Shown piece by piece: positions 8,661 through 22,005 of a DNA stretch of 64,000 nucleotides. Position 1 is the stretch's first letter, and every line of letters starts with the position of its first letter. A program made the translations under genes and the position numbers. The stretch spans positions 64,001 through 128,000 of the forward strand of contig OZ220732.1 of assembly GCA_965116905.1 (NCBI GenBank), in the 5' to 3' direction. The stretch comes from Longimicrobiales bacterium. Its GTDB lineage: Bacteria; Gemmatimonadota; Gemmatimonadetes; Longimicrobiales; Gaopeijiaceae. Below the pieces are notes generated by a model. The model was not told the origin of the DNA, did not search any database, and worked only from the letters and a program-made list of their open reading frames with translations.

Positions 8661-9926
8661 CTACGCCCTCACCACCAGCCCGTCGTGGAGAGCGGTACGA
8701 TAGGCCTTGAGGGCGGGCACGAAACCGATCAGGAACCCCGCGACCACGACCGAGCCCAGGAAGAGCCACTCCACGAAGCCGGGCGGCGTGATCGGGATGA
8801 AGAGACCCGCCTGCGTCTCGGCGATCGGCTGGCCAACCGAGAGCATCAGGTACGCGAGCGCCATGCCGCCGATTGCGCCCGCCGCCGCAAGGCACACCGA
8901 TTCCAGCACCAGGAGCGTGACGATCCTTTTCGGCCCTGCCCCGACCGCGCGCAGGATCGCCATCTCTCGCCGGCGCTCGTTGAGGGACGTGTAGAGCGAG
9001 ACCAGCATGCCGAGCAGTCCTACCAGCACGACGAAGATCGTGACAAGACGGAGCCCGGTTTCGGCGTAGCCGATCCCCCGCCACATCTCGTTGAGCGCCA
9101 CGCCGGGGATGACCGCCATCATCGGTTCGCCTTCGTAGTCGTTGATCTCGCGTTGCAGCCGGAGCACGTCCCTCCGGTTGGTCGCGCCCACGAAGAACGA
9201 CGTCACCTGGGTGATCTCGATCTCCTCCATGGCGAGCACTTCCGCGTGCGTGTGCTCTTCGCCGGGCATGGGCGGCGCGCCATCCTCCCACCCGAAGTGG
9301 ATGGCCTCGATTCCCTCGAGGGTGACGTAGACTGCGCGGTCGACCGGCGTGAACGTCTTGTCGAGGATGCCCACCACCGTGAACGGCATTTCGTCGTGGT
9401 TCAGGAAGCCCACCTCGCCGATCCCGTGCGTCACCGCGACCTGGTCGCCCAGCCCGTAACCCAGTTCAGTGGCGACATCCGCACCCAGGGTCACGTCGAA
9501 GACCTCCGAGCCGGCGCGGCCCTCGGCCAGCGCAATCTCCTGCCCTCCGCGGTAGCGATAGTGGCGATAGAAGTCCTCATTGGTGCCGATGACCCGGAAG
9601 CCCCGGTGGCTGTCCCCGAGTCCGTACGGAATGGTCCATTCGACCGCGGGGTGCTCGGCCCATTCGCGGTAGGTGTCCCAGGACAGGTTGTTCGTGGGAG
9701 ATCCCATGCCGAAGACCGAATACAGCAGCAGCTGGATGGTGCCCCCCTTGGTGCCCACGACCAGGTCGGTCTGGCTGATCGTGTTGGAGAAGCTCTCGCG
9801 CATTCCCACGCGCACGTTCTCGACGCCGATCAGAAGCGCGACGCTGAGTGCGATGGAACCGACCGTGAGTGACGTGCTGAAAGCGCGGTTGCGCAGTGAC
9901 TTGAGGGCGAGGTCGAGGCTGAACAT
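8661..9926 (-). CDS. MacB/FtsX-type ABC permease (ZrgC-like)
   Basis: SIALSVALL, IQLLLYSVF, LGDSHRGFRVIGT, SLNERRREMAILRAVGA. Confidence 0.88.
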   Translation of the reverse strand: MFSLDLALKSLRNRAFSTSLTVGSIALSVALLIGVENVRVGMRESFSNTISQTDLVVGTKGGTIQLLLYSVFGMGSPTNNLSWDTYREWAEHPAVEWTIPYGLGDSHRGFRVIGTNEDFYRHYRYRGGQEIALAEGRAGSEVFDVTLGADVATELGYGLGDQVAVTHGIGEVGFLNHDEMPFTVVGILDKTFTPVDRAVYVTLEGIEAIHFGWEDGAPPMPGEEHTHAEVLAMEEIEITQVTSFFVGATNRRDVLRLQREINDYEGEPMMAVIPGVALNEMWRGIGYAETGLRLVTIFVVLVGLLGMLVSLYTSLNERRREMAILRAVGAGPKRIVTLLVLESVCLAAAGAIGGMALAYLMLSVGQPIAETQAGLFIPITPPGFVEWLFLGSVVVAGFLIGFVPALKAYRTALHDGLVVRA

Positions 9927-10609
9927 CAGAGGGCGGCCCTGTTGATGTCGGGGAGCGCGATCCTGCGGGAAAACATTTCCTCGAGCGTCCGGTCGTGGCT
10001 GACGAACACCAGCGTCGCACCGGCCCGCCCGCACTCCGCAAACAGCAGCTCCAGGAAGGCCTCCCGGCGGTCGAAGTCCAGGGACGAGGTCGGCTCGTCG
10101 GCGACGATGAGTTCCGGCGCCCCGATCAGCGCCCGGCAGGCCGCAACCCGCTGCTGCTGGCCCACCGACAGCTCCGTCACCCGCTTTTTCAGCAGATCGC
10201 CAATGTGAAGGTGGTCCGCAAGCTGCGCGGCGGTCTCCTGCACGCCCACGCCGTCCAGCCTCGCCCGCCGTGCGGCGTTCATCCGCGCCGGGAGGGCAAT
10301 ATTGTCCAGAACCGAGAGGTAGGGGATGAGGTTGAACATCTGGAAGACGTAGCCGATGTGCTCCGCGCGAAAAGCGTCCCGCTCGGCGCCCGAGAGCGAG
10401 GCGAGGTCGCGGTCGAGCACTCTGACCTCGCCCTCATGAGGCTTCAGCACACCCGCCAGGACGCCGAGCAGCGTAGTCTTGCCGCTCCCGCTGGGGCCGT
10501 ACAGAAACGCGCGCGTCCCACGCTCAAGGGTCAGTTCGGGAATGTCGAGCACCCACGGACCTCCGTCATACCGGAAACGAAGGCGTCGGATATCGACCGC
10601 GAGGCTCAT
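9926..10609 (-). CDS. ABC ATP-binding protein (LolD/ZrgB-like)
   Basis: GPSGSGKTT, FQMFNLIPYL, LSVGQQQRVA, ADEPTSSLD. Confidence 0.9.
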   Translation of the reverse strand: MSLAVDIRRLRFRYDGGPWVLDIPELTLERGTRAFLYGPSGSGKTTLLGVLAGVLKPHEGEVRVLDRDLASLSGAERDAFRAEHIGYVFQMFNLIPYLSVLDNIALPARMNAARRARLDGVGVQETAAQLADHLHIGDLLKKRVTELSVGQQQRVAACRALIGAPELIVADEPTSSLDFDRREAFLELLFAECGRAGATLVFVSHDRTLEEMFSRRIALPDINRAAL

Positions 10610-10663
10610 CGGCGACAGCCCGAGAACATTGCCCACCCGGTCTTCGAGCGGCGACTCACCGCG

Positions 10664-11185
10664 CTAGGACTCGTACGGATAGACCCGCTGGCCGGAGATG
10701 GTGAACCCAACGTACCCGTATACGCTCTCCGTCATCTCGATGCTGAGCACACCTTCGACCCATACCGGGTTCCAGCCGTCCATCTTCGCACGCTTGCCCT
10801 CGTCCATCTGTATGTACACGAGCTGGTTGGGCGGCGGCGGCGGCGTGTGGATGCAGGCGCCCACGTAGGGCACGAGGAGGAATTCCGTCGCCGAAGACGC
10901 AAAGTCCTCGAGCGGAACCGTGAAGCCGGGAATCTTGACAAGCTTGCCCTCGAGAGCGGCCAGCTCTTCGCTCTTCTCGCCCGTCCGGTAGTTGAGCTTG
11001 GCGAGGAGCCGCCAGCCCACCTCGGTGGGTTCGTTCGGCGACACCGCCGGGAGCGGGTCCACCGGGGGTCGCGGGTCGTCCGGGGACCCGATGACACCCT
11101 CCGGGCTGCTGCCGGCCCCGGAAAGGACGGCCGCCAGCAACACGCTGGCCACCGCCGAGAAACGTCTGCGGCTGGCTGCTTTCAT
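10664..11185 (-). CDS. DUF3299 family protein
   Basis: GKLVKIPGFTVPLE, EFLLVPYVGACIHTPPPPPNQ; signal peptide. Confidence 0.85.
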   Translation of the reverse strand: MKAASRRRFSAVASVLLAAVLSGAGSSPEGVIGSPDDPRPPVDPLPAVSPNEPTEVGWRLLAKLNYRTGEKSEELAALEGKLVKIPGFTVPLEDFASSATEFLLVPYVGACIHTPPPPPNQLVYIQMDEGKRAKMDGWNPVWVEGVLSIEMTESVYGYVGFTISGQRVYPYES

Positions 11186-11210
11186 CAGAAACCTCCGATT
11201 GTCAGAATCT

Positions 11211-12836
11211 TCAGCGCGATCCCTGGTCATCCGATCCCTGGTCATCCTCGGAAATCGGCCGCGTGAGAGTGGGATACTTGATGCCCAACTGTTCAAGGTA
11301 CGTCTCGAAGCGGGTCTCGTCGTAGTAGTACTGGCTCAGCAGGGGACGGAACGCATCCATGATTTCCCTGTTGAGATCGATGGGCGGCGGATCGTCGGGT
11401 CCGATGAAGGGAATATACTCGACACCCGCAGTCTGGTCTTCCCGGAAGTAGGTCCAGGCCTGATCGACCAGCTCCGGTTGCGCGAAGAGCTGGAGGGCCG
11501 TGCGCGCCATCACCCGGGCGCCGGCGACCGCTCCCTTGTGCGCGATGGGCGTGGCCATCGCCATGGCGCTCGACCAGTGGTGACCGGGCAGCCCAGGCAC
11601 ATTCGACGGAAAGCGGAGCGTCACTGTGGGCACATTCCACGAGATGTCGCCGATGTCGTCCGATCCGCCGCTCCGGCGCGGGCCCGGCGTGCCGAGTTGC
11701 GAGAGGGCAGTCGGCATCCCCGACGGTACGCTCCCGACCGACTGCTGCACTGCGCTCGCAAAGTCGTGGTCGTCGTCGGTCCACTCCGGGAGCCCGACGT
11801 CCTGGATGTGCTCGTACATGGTCTCGGCCACGACCTTGTTGAAGTGCCTCGGCCAGGCGGCCCCGATGATCCGGTACGACATCTCCGTATCGGTCATCAT
11901 GGCCGCGCCCTCGGCGATGCGCACGGCAGTATCGAAGTTGCGCTTGATGTCCTCGTAGTCCATCTCGCGGATGAAATACCATACCGAGGCGCTCGGCGGC
12001 ACGACGTTCGGCTGATCGCCGCCGTCGCTGATCACGTAGTGGGAGCGCTGGTCGGGCCGCAGATGCTCGCGGCGGAAGTTCCAGGCGACGTTCATGAGCT
12101 CGACCGCGTCCAGGGCGCTGCGGCCGCGCCACGGAGCACCCGCACCGTGCGCCGCCTCGCCCGCGAAGGTGAACTCCACCGAGACCAGTCCCGTGCCGCC
12201 GCCCTGGCCCCAGTTCACCGACAGGTTGCTGCTGACGTGCGTGAACAGGGTGACGTCGACATCCTTCAGGTAGCCGTCCCGGACGTACCATGCCTTCGAG
12301 GCCAGCTGCTCCTCGGCGACGCCCGGCCAGAGTACCAGCGTGCCCTGGATACCCTCGGCTTCCATGACCTCCTTGAGGGCGAGCGCCGCCACCACGTTCA
12401 CGGCCTGTCCGGAGTTGTGACCCTCGCCGTGGCCGGGCGCGCCCGGAATCAGGGGGTCGTGATACGCCACGCCGGGCTTCTGGTTGGCCTTCGGGATCCC
12501 GTCGATGTCCGACCCGAAGGAGATGACCGGCCTGCCGCTGCCCCACCGCGCAAACCAGCCCGTCGGGATGCCCGCGGGCTCGCGCTCGATGGTGAAGCCG
12601 TTCTCCTCAAGGATGCCCGTGACGTACGCCGACGTCTCGATTTCCTGCTGCCCCAATTCCGAAAAGGAGAAGATCTTGTCGACCATCACCTGGGCCAGCT
12701 TGGCGCGTTCGAGAACACCCTCTTCGACACGGTCCACGAGAGGCGCCAGCTCCTCGTCGGAGAGGCTCTGCGCGACCGCGAGGGCGGGAGTGACGAGAAT
12801 GGCGACCATCGCCGCCGTGATCGTTCGGTTGGCCAT
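11211..12836 (-). CDS. M20 amidohydrolase, AbgB-like, secreted
   Basis: GHGEGHN, PGVAEE, GRSALDAVELM, GGSDDIGD; signal peptide. Confidence 0.88.
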   Translation of the reverse strand: MANRTITAAMVAILVTPALAVAQSLSDEELAPLVDRVEEGVLERAKLAQVMVDKIFSFSELGQQEIETSAYVTGILEENGFTIEREPAGIPTGWFARWGSGRPVISFGSDIDGIPKANQKPGVAYHDPLIPGAPGHGEGHNSGQAVNVVAALALKEVMEAEGIQGTLVLWPGVAEEQLASKAWYVRDGYLKDVDVTLFTHVSSNLSVNWGQGGGTGLVSVEFTFAGEAAHGAGAPWRGRSALDAVELMNVAWNFRREHLRPDQRSHYVISDGGDQPNVVPPSASVWYFIREMDYEDIKRNFDTAVRIAEGAAMMTDTEMSYRIIGAAWPRHFNKVVAETMYEHIQDVGLPEWTDDDHDFASAVQQSVGSVPSGMPTALSQLGTPGPRRSGGSDDIGDISWNVPTVTLRFPSNVPGLPGHHWSSAMAMATPIAHKGAVAGARVMARTALQLFAQPELVDQAWTYFREDQTAGVEYIPFIGPDDPPPIDLNREIMDAFRPLLSQYYYDETRFETYLEQLGIKYPTLTRPISEDDQGSDDQGSR

Positions 12837-12923
12837 TGACGCACCTGGATTGGAAAAATGGTGAGGAATCAAGGACTTTTGAAAATAGGGGCTGGCCACC
12901 CGAATCCGAAAGCCGAGGCTGCC

Positions 12924-13982
12924 TCACCCCCGCCGGTACGCGAATGGCCACACGTGAAAGTAGTCCTTCACGTTGCCCCACAACTTGGACAGTCCCTTGG
13001 GCTCGAAGATGAGGAACAGGATGATCACGACGCCGAACACGGCTTGCTGCGCGTAAGGCAGCAGGTTGGCGACCACCGGCGCCGTGTCCTGCAGCGAGCG
13101 CCCCGCGTTGGTGATCAGCGCCGGCAGCAGCGTGATCAGCGCGGCGCCGAAGAACGACCCGCGGATCGAACCGAGTCCCCCGACGATGATCATGGCCAGG
13201 TAGATGATGCTCGTCTCCAGCGTGAAGCGCTCCCAGGTGATGATGGTGCGGTAGTAGGCGATCATGGCGCCCGCCAGGCCCACGAAGAACGACGACGTGG
13301 CGAACGCCAGCAGCTTGGTGCGGAAGAGGTTGACGCCGATCACGCTGGCCGCGATGTCCTGGTCGCGGACCGCCACGAATGCGCGTCCCATGCGCGTGCG
13401 GAAGAGGTTGGCCGCGAAGAGCGCGGTCCCCGCCGCCATCAGCACGCCGAACCAGTAGAAGGCGAAGGTGCTGTTCAGGCGCACGCCGAAGAGGCTCGGC
13501 GCGGGCAACACGATCGCCTCGGTGCCCCCGGTCAGCGCGGTCCAGTGCGTCATGCCCCACTCGACGATCTCTTGGGCGGCCAGCGTGGCGATCGCCAGGT
13601 ACAGGCCCTTCAGCCGCAGCGAGGGCAGCCCGAAGAAGGTGCCCGCCACCGAGGTGAGGACGCACGCGAGAGCGATGCTCACACCCCAGGGCAGCCCGAG
13701 GTTGAGCGTCAGAAGCCCGGCGGCGTAGGCCCCGATCGCCATGAAGGCGCCCTGCCCCAGCGAAATCTGCCCCGTGTAGCCCACCAGGATGTTCAGGCCG
13801 ATCGCTCCGACCGTCGCGATCGCGATCTGATTCGCGAGGTCGAGCCAATAGGTCCCGGCCACGAACGGGAACACGAGCACGAAGACCGCGAAAGCCGCCA
13901 GCCGGATCCGCTGCACGGGCCGCGGGCGCAGCCCCATGTCGGACTCGTAGCGGGTGTGAAAGACGCCGCACTCGAGACTCAT
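12924..13982 (-). CDS. Liv-type ABC permease (LivM-like)
   Basis: GLNILVGYTGQISLGQGAF, RLKGLYLAIATLA, IIVGGLGS. Confidence 0.92.
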   Translation of the reverse strand: MSLECGVFHTRYESDMGLRPRPVQRIRLAAFAVFVLVFPFVAGTYWLDLANQIAIATVGAIGLNILVGYTGQISLGQGAFMAIGAYAAGLLTLNLGLPWGVSIALACVLTSVAGTFFGLPSLRLKGLYLAIATLAAQEIVEWGMTHWTALTGGTEAIVLPAPSLFGVRLNSTFAFYWFGVLMAAGTALFAANLFRTRMGRAFVAVRDQDIAASVIGVNLFRTKLLAFATSSFFVGLAGAMIAYYRTIITWERFTLETSIIYLAMIIVGGLGSIRGSFFGAALITLLPALITNAGRSLQDTAPVVANLLPYAQQAVFGVVIILFLIFEPKGLSKLWGNVKDYFHVWPFAYRRG

Positions 13983-13989
13983 GACCCGC

Positions 13990-14862
13990 TCATACCCGTT
14001 CGATGATCTCCTTGCCGAAGAGGCCGTAGGGACGGACCATCAGCACCAGAACGAGGACGACGTACGGCACCACGAGACTGAGCCCGTGGCCCACGTACCC
14101 GCCGGTGTAGACCTCCAGCAGACCGATGATCGCACCACCGATCACCGCCCCCCGGATCGAATCGAGTCCACCCAGGATCACAACCGGGAAGACCCTGAGT
14201 CCGATCGACGCCACGTTCGGGCTCACGCCCACGATGCCCGCGAGCATGATCCCGCCGATGGCCGCCGACGCGGCCGCGAGCCCCCAGGCGATGCCGAACA
14301 CCCGCGGAATGCTGATCCCCATGCTCAGCGCCGCCTGCTGGTCGTCGGCGATGGCCCGCATGGCGATCCCGTCGCGCGTGAGCCGGAAGAAGAGCCACAG
14401 CGCGGCCAGAACGGCCAGCGCGATCGGAATCGACAGAAGGCGCCCCGTGGACAGCATGACCGGACCCAGAGCGACATCGCCGGCCGGCAGGAACGACTCG
14501 AACGAGCGCGGCGCCGGACCCCATATCGCGTTGACGGCGGCGCGCAGGACGGACGACAGCCCGATCGTCACCATGATCATCGAGATGATCGGCTCGCCGA
14601 TCAGCGGGCGCAGCACAAGCCGCTCGATGGCGAGTGCCACGGCGACGGCCAGCAGCACCGTCACGACAACCCCAAGGCTCCACGGAAGTCCGGCCTGGGC
14701 CACGGCGAAGAAGACCAGGTACGTGCCGAAAAGCAGAAGATCCCCCTGTGCGAAGTTGATGACATCGCTGGCCTTGTAGATCACCACGAACCCGGCCGCC
14801 GCCAGGGCGTAGACCATTCCGGTGCTGAGTCCGGAAACGGTGAGCTGCAGGAAGACGTCCAT
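13990..14862 (-). CDS. Liv-type ABC permease (LivH-like)
   Basis: YKASDVINFAQG, GIAMRA, VVILGGLDS. Confidence 0.92.
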   Translation of the reverse strand: MDVFLQLTVSGLSTGMVYALAAAGFVVIYKASDVINFAQGDLLLFGTYLVFFAVAQAGLPWSLGVVVTVLLAVAVALAIERLVLRPLIGEPIISMIMVTIGLSSVLRAAVNAIWGPAPRSFESFLPAGDVALGPVMLSTGRLLSIPIALAVLAALWLFFRLTRDGIAMRAIADDQQAALSMGISIPRVFGIAWGLAAASAAIGGIMLAGIVGVSPNVASIGLRVFPVVILGGLDSIRGAVIGGAIIGLLEVYTGGYVGHGLSLVVPYVVLVLVLMVRPYGLFGKEIIERV

Positions 14863-14865
14863 GGC

Positions 14866-16857
14866 TCAGCCCAGCGTCTCGATGCGGAGGTCGTGGGCGA
14901 CTTCGGCGGTGCGGCCGTCCTGGTAGGTGATCTCGGTCGCCACCGTGACGGAACCGCGGTCGCCCTGCAGCGCGCCGATGATGTCGCCGAAGCGGGCGGC
15001 GATGTGCCGGCGCCGCACCTTGCGCGTGCGCGTCAGCTCGGCGTCGTCGGCGTGCAGTTCCTTGTGCAGGAGGAGGAAGCGGCGGATGCGGGCAGCCGTG
15101 GGCAGGTCTTCGTTGACGTTGGCGACGTGGTCGCGGACCAGCTCGTAGATCTCCGCACGGCGGGCCAGGTCGGTAAAGGTCGTATACGGAATGCGGTGGC
15201 GCTCCGCCCACTGCCCCGCGTTCTCCATGTCAATCGCGATCATGGCCGTGACGAACGGGGCATCGGCACCCCCGAAGACCACGGCCTCGCGGATGTACGG
15301 ACTGAACTTGAGCTTGTTCTCGACGTATTGGGGGGAAAAGTTCGTCCCGTCGGACAGCTTCATCACGTCGGCCAGGCGGTCGATGACGACCAGGTGGCCG
15401 TCCTCTTCGAAGTAGCCGGCGTCGCCTGACCGCAGCCAGCCGTCCTCGAGGGTCTCGGCAGTTGCCGCGGGATTGCGAAAGTAGCCCTGGAACACCGCGG
15501 GACTGCGGCAGAGGATCTCGCCCTCGTCCGATATCCTGATCTCGGTTGCCGGGAACGGCGTCCCGACCGTGTGGAAGCGGATGTCTCCGTCGCGATGCAC
15601 CACCGAGATGCCGGAGACCTCGGTCTGGCCGTAGAGCTGCTTCAGATTCACACCGATGGCGTGGAAGAACCCGAACACGTCGGGACCCAGCGCCGCACCG
15701 CCCGTGTACGCGCGTCGCACCCTGTCGAGACCGAGCTGATCGCGGATGGGCCGAAACACCGTCCAGTCGGCGACTCGGTGGCGGATTCGGGTGGGGAAAC
15801 CAGGGCGGCCGCCGCGCACCCTCGTCTCGGCGGCGTGCGCTCCCGCCTTCATCGCCCAGCCGTAGAACCAGCGCTTGAGCCAGGTCGTGTCTTCGGCCAT
15901 CACCTGGATGTCCGAGACCATGTTCTCCCAGATCCGGGGCGGCGACATCAGGAAGGCGGGGCCGATCTCGCGCATGTCGCTCCGCACGGTCTCCGTCTCT
16001 TCCGGGAAGTTGACCGTGAAGCCGACAAGCATGGCACTCGCGACCCCGACCATCTGCTCGCCGATCCACGCCATCGGCAGGAAGGAGACGAATTCGTCGT
16101 CCGCCTCCATCCTGTCCACGTCCTGAAGCTGCGACGCCATGGCCAGAAGGTTGGCGTGCGAGAGCATGGCCAGCTTCGGAATGCTCGTCGTCCCGGACGT
16201 CGTGCAGAGGAGCGCTGTGTCGCCGGACCCGACTTCGGCCAGCCTGCGGTCAAATTCACCGGGGAATCTGTCACCATATCGGTCGCCGAGGGCTTCCACG
16301 TCTTCGAAGGACATGAGGCCGGGCGCTTCGTAGGCGTACATCCCCCGGGGATCGTAGTAGACGATGGCCTCCAGCCCCGGCAGTCCGTCACGCACCTCGA
16401 GCACCTTGTCGACCTGCTCCTGGTCCTCGGCGACAATGATCCGGACGCCGGCCACCTCGAGCATCTTCGCCAACTCGGTGGAAATCGAGTCCTGGTAGAG
16501 GCCCAGCGGCAGGGCGCCCATCGACTGGGCCGCGAGTTCCGCGATCACCCATTCGGGTCGGTTGTCCCCGATGATCGCGATCCGGTCGCCCCTTGCGACG
16601 CCCAGATCGACCAGCCCCAGCGCGAACGACTCCACGCGGGCCCGGTACTCCGCCCACGTCGTCTCCTGCCAGATGCCGAACTCCTTCTCGCGCAGAGCGA
16701 CTTCGTGCGGGTGGTCGGCGGCGTGACGGGCGAGCAGTCCGGGAAGAGTGCCACCGCTGCGCCGGCCGTCGCTCGCGGTCCCTTGCTCTGCCGCGCCGTG
16801 CTCCCCGGTCACGTGCTCCGCCGCGCCGTGCTGCGCGGCCCCCTGCTCCGCGGTCAC
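14866..16857 (-). CDS. Long-chain acyl-CoA synthetase
   Basis: TTSGTTSIPK, YGQTE, GWLRSGDAG, ELTRTRKVRR. Confidence 0.9.
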   Translation of the reverse strand: MTAEQGAAQHGAAEHVTGEHGAAEQGTASDGRRSGGTLPGLLARHAADHPHEVALREKEFGIWQETTWAEYRARVESFALGLVDLGVARGDRIAIIGDNRPEWVIAELAAQSMGALPLGLYQDSISTELAKMLEVAGVRIIVAEDQEQVDKVLEVRDGLPGLEAIVYYDPRGMYAYEAPGLMSFEDVEALGDRYGDRFPGEFDRRLAEVGSGDTALLCTTSGTTSIPKLAMLSHANLLAMASQLQDVDRMEADDEFVSFLPMAWIGEQMVGVASAMLVGFTVNFPEETETVRSDMREIGPAFLMSPPRIWENMVSDIQVMAEDTTWLKRWFYGWAMKAGAHAAETRVRGGRPGFPTRIRHRVADWTVFRPIRDQLGLDRVRRAYTGGAALGPDVFGFFHAIGVNLKQLYGQTEVSGISVVHRDGDIRFHTVGTPFPATEIRISDEGEILCRSPAVFQGYFRNPAATAETLEDGWLRSGDAGYFEEDGHLVVIDRLADVMKLSDGTNFSPQYVENKLKFSPYIREAVVFGGADAPFVTAMIAIDMENAGQWAERHRIPYTTFTDLARRAEIYELVRDHVANVNEDLPTAARIRRFLLLHKELHADDAELTRTRKVRRRHIAARFGDIIGALQGDRGSVTVATEITYQDGRTAEVAHDLRIETLG

Positions 16858-17649
16858 GGCCCGGCTCCCAAAGCCGCGGTCTCCTCCCGCGCGTGCCCCA
16901 GGTACGCGTCGATCACGGCCGGATCGTTCCGCACCGCGTCCGGCGTTCCCTCCGCAATCTTGCGCCCGAAGTCAAGCACGATCACCCGATCCGAGATGTC
17001 CATGATCACGTCGATGTCGTGGTCGATCACCACGACGGTGACGCCGCGCTCCTCCTGCACGTCGAGGATGAACCGCGCCATCGATTCCTTCTCCTCGGCG
17101 TTCATGCCGGCGGTGGGCTCGTCAAGCAGGAGGATCAGGGGATCGAGCGCCAGAGCCCGGCCCATCTCCACCAGGCGCTGGTTGCCGTACGCCAGATTCC
17201 CGACCTCGGCGCTGCGCAGAGGTTCGAGGTTCATGAAGTCGATGACCTCTTCCACGTAGCGCCGGTGCTCGATCTCGGCGCGCCGCTGCCGACCCAGGTA
17301 GAGCCCGCCGCTCAGCACGCCGCCGCGCATGTGGACATGGCGCCCGAGCATGAGGTTTTCGAGCACGGTCATGTGCTTGAAGAGCTCGATGTTCTGGAAG
17401 GTGCGCGCCACGCCCAGCGCGGCGATGCGGTGCGGAGCGAGGCGGTGCAGTGCGTGGCTCGCGCCGTCACGCCCCTTCAGGCCGATCGTCCCTTCCTGGG
17501 CGCGGTACAGACCGGAAATGCAGTTCAGCACGCTCGTCTTCCCCGCGCCGTTGGGCCCAATCAGCGCGAGCAGCTCGCCCTTTCGCACCTCCATGCTGAA
17601 CCCGGCGAGCGCGGTGACGCCGCCGAAGCGGAGTGAGAGGTCGCGGACT

Positions 17650-20918
<3,269 letters not shown>

Positions 20919-20976
20919 CTAGCAGTCCGTGGGTGAAGCCGCATCGCGAACTGGCGCTTGCGACACCCGCCAGGAG

Positions 20977-21012
20977 ATGTACATTTCGACATGTACATCT
21001 CGATATGTACAT
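20977..21012. promoter_or_regulatory. Three ATGTACAT palindromes, likely antitoxin operator
   Basis: ATGTACAT at 20977, 20991 and 21005 (14-bp period) just before the Phd gene. Confidence 0.75.
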
Positions 21013-21032
21013 CTAACAAGAGGGACTTTCCG

Positions 21033-21272
21033 ATGAAGATCGTTGGCGCAGCCGAGTTCAAGGCTCGGTGTCTGCGATTGATCAAGCAGATGAACCAGGA
21101 CCGGGAGCCTGTAACCGTCACGAACCGGGGCCGACCCGTCGCCGTACTCTCGCCCTTGCCCGAACAGGCGCCACGCGCGTCGATCATCGGCACGATGAAA
21201 GGCACGGTTCTGGCCTACGACGATCCTCTGGCACCGGCCGCCGATCCCTCTGAGTGGGCGTCGCTCGGTTGA
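21033..21272 (+). CDS. Phd/YefM family antitoxin
   Basis: AAEFKARCL...VTVTNRGRPVAVL. Confidence 0.9.
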   Translation: MKIVGAAEFKARCLRLIKQMNQDREPVTVTNRGRPVAVLSPLPEQAPRASIIGTMKGTVLAYDDPLAPAADPSEWASLG

Positions 21273-21682
21273 TCGTACTCGACACGCACACGCTCATATG
21301 GGCTGTGGAAGGCGACCGGGAACTCGGCGCGGGCGCGTCCCGCCTGATCGAGCGTACTGCTCGGACCGATCGAGTGGCGGTGGCGGCGATCACGCCCTGG
21401 GAAATCGCGTTGCTGGTGGAACGCCGGCGCTTGCGGCTCGGTCATGAGGTGGGCGAATGGATCGCGCAGGCTCTCGCCCGGCCGGGTGTCACGCTCGTCC
21501 CGATCGAACCGGATATTGCCGTGGACAGCGTGCGGTTGCCGGGCAACTTCCACGCCGACCCCGCCGACCGGTTCATCGTCGCCACGGCGCGTCACCTCAA
21601 GGCACCGCTGCTGACCGCCGACCGGAAGATTCTGGAGTACTCGGCGGCCGGGCACCTTCGGACCGTCGACGCCGCGAAGTGA
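21269..21682 (+). CDS. vapC: PIN-domain toxin
   Basis: IVLDTH, PWEIA, HADPADRFIVATA, LLTAD; TTGA overlap with the antitoxin. Confidence 0.9.
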   Translation: MIVLDTHTLIWAVEGDRELGAGASRLIERTARTDRVAVAAITPWEIALLVERRRLRLGHEVGEWIAQALARPGVTLVPIEPDIAVDSVRLPGNFHADPADRFIVATARHLKAPLLTADRKILEYSAAGHLRTVDAAK

Positions 21683-21712
21683 TGAGCGCCTGCACGGACC
21701 GCCGGCCGCTCG

Positions 21713-21747
21713 CTACCCATATTGCCCATATATCTCCATATGGGTAG
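21713..21747. promoter_or_regulatory. Inverted repeat, likely operator of the second TA pair
   Basis: CTACCCATAT-N15-ATATGGGTAG ending 9 bp before the ATG. Confidence 0.65.
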
Positions 21748-21756
21748 TATGGTACG

Positions 21757-22005
21757 ATGAAGACCACGATCGATATACACGACGAATTGCTCACTCGGGC
21801 CAAGCGACACGCCCGCGGCGCCGGGGTGCCCCTCAGGGCCGTCGTCGAAGAGGGGCTCCGTCTGGTGCTGCAGGCCCCCCAGCCCACCGAGGGCTACCGG
21901 ATGCCGGACCTCGGCGTCGGCGACCCGAACGGCGACGACCCCCTGGAAGCCTACAGCTGGCAGGATCTGTCCGACATCATCTACGGACACCCACAGGGCG
22001 AATGA
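21757..22005 (+). CDS. vapB: VapB-type RHH antitoxin
   Basis: MKTTIDIHDELL...VVEEGLR. Confidence 0.85.
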   Translation: MKTTIDIHDELLTRAKRHARGAGVPLRAVVEEGLRLVLQAPQPTEGYRMPDLGVGDPNGDDPLEAYSWQDLSDIIYGHPQGE

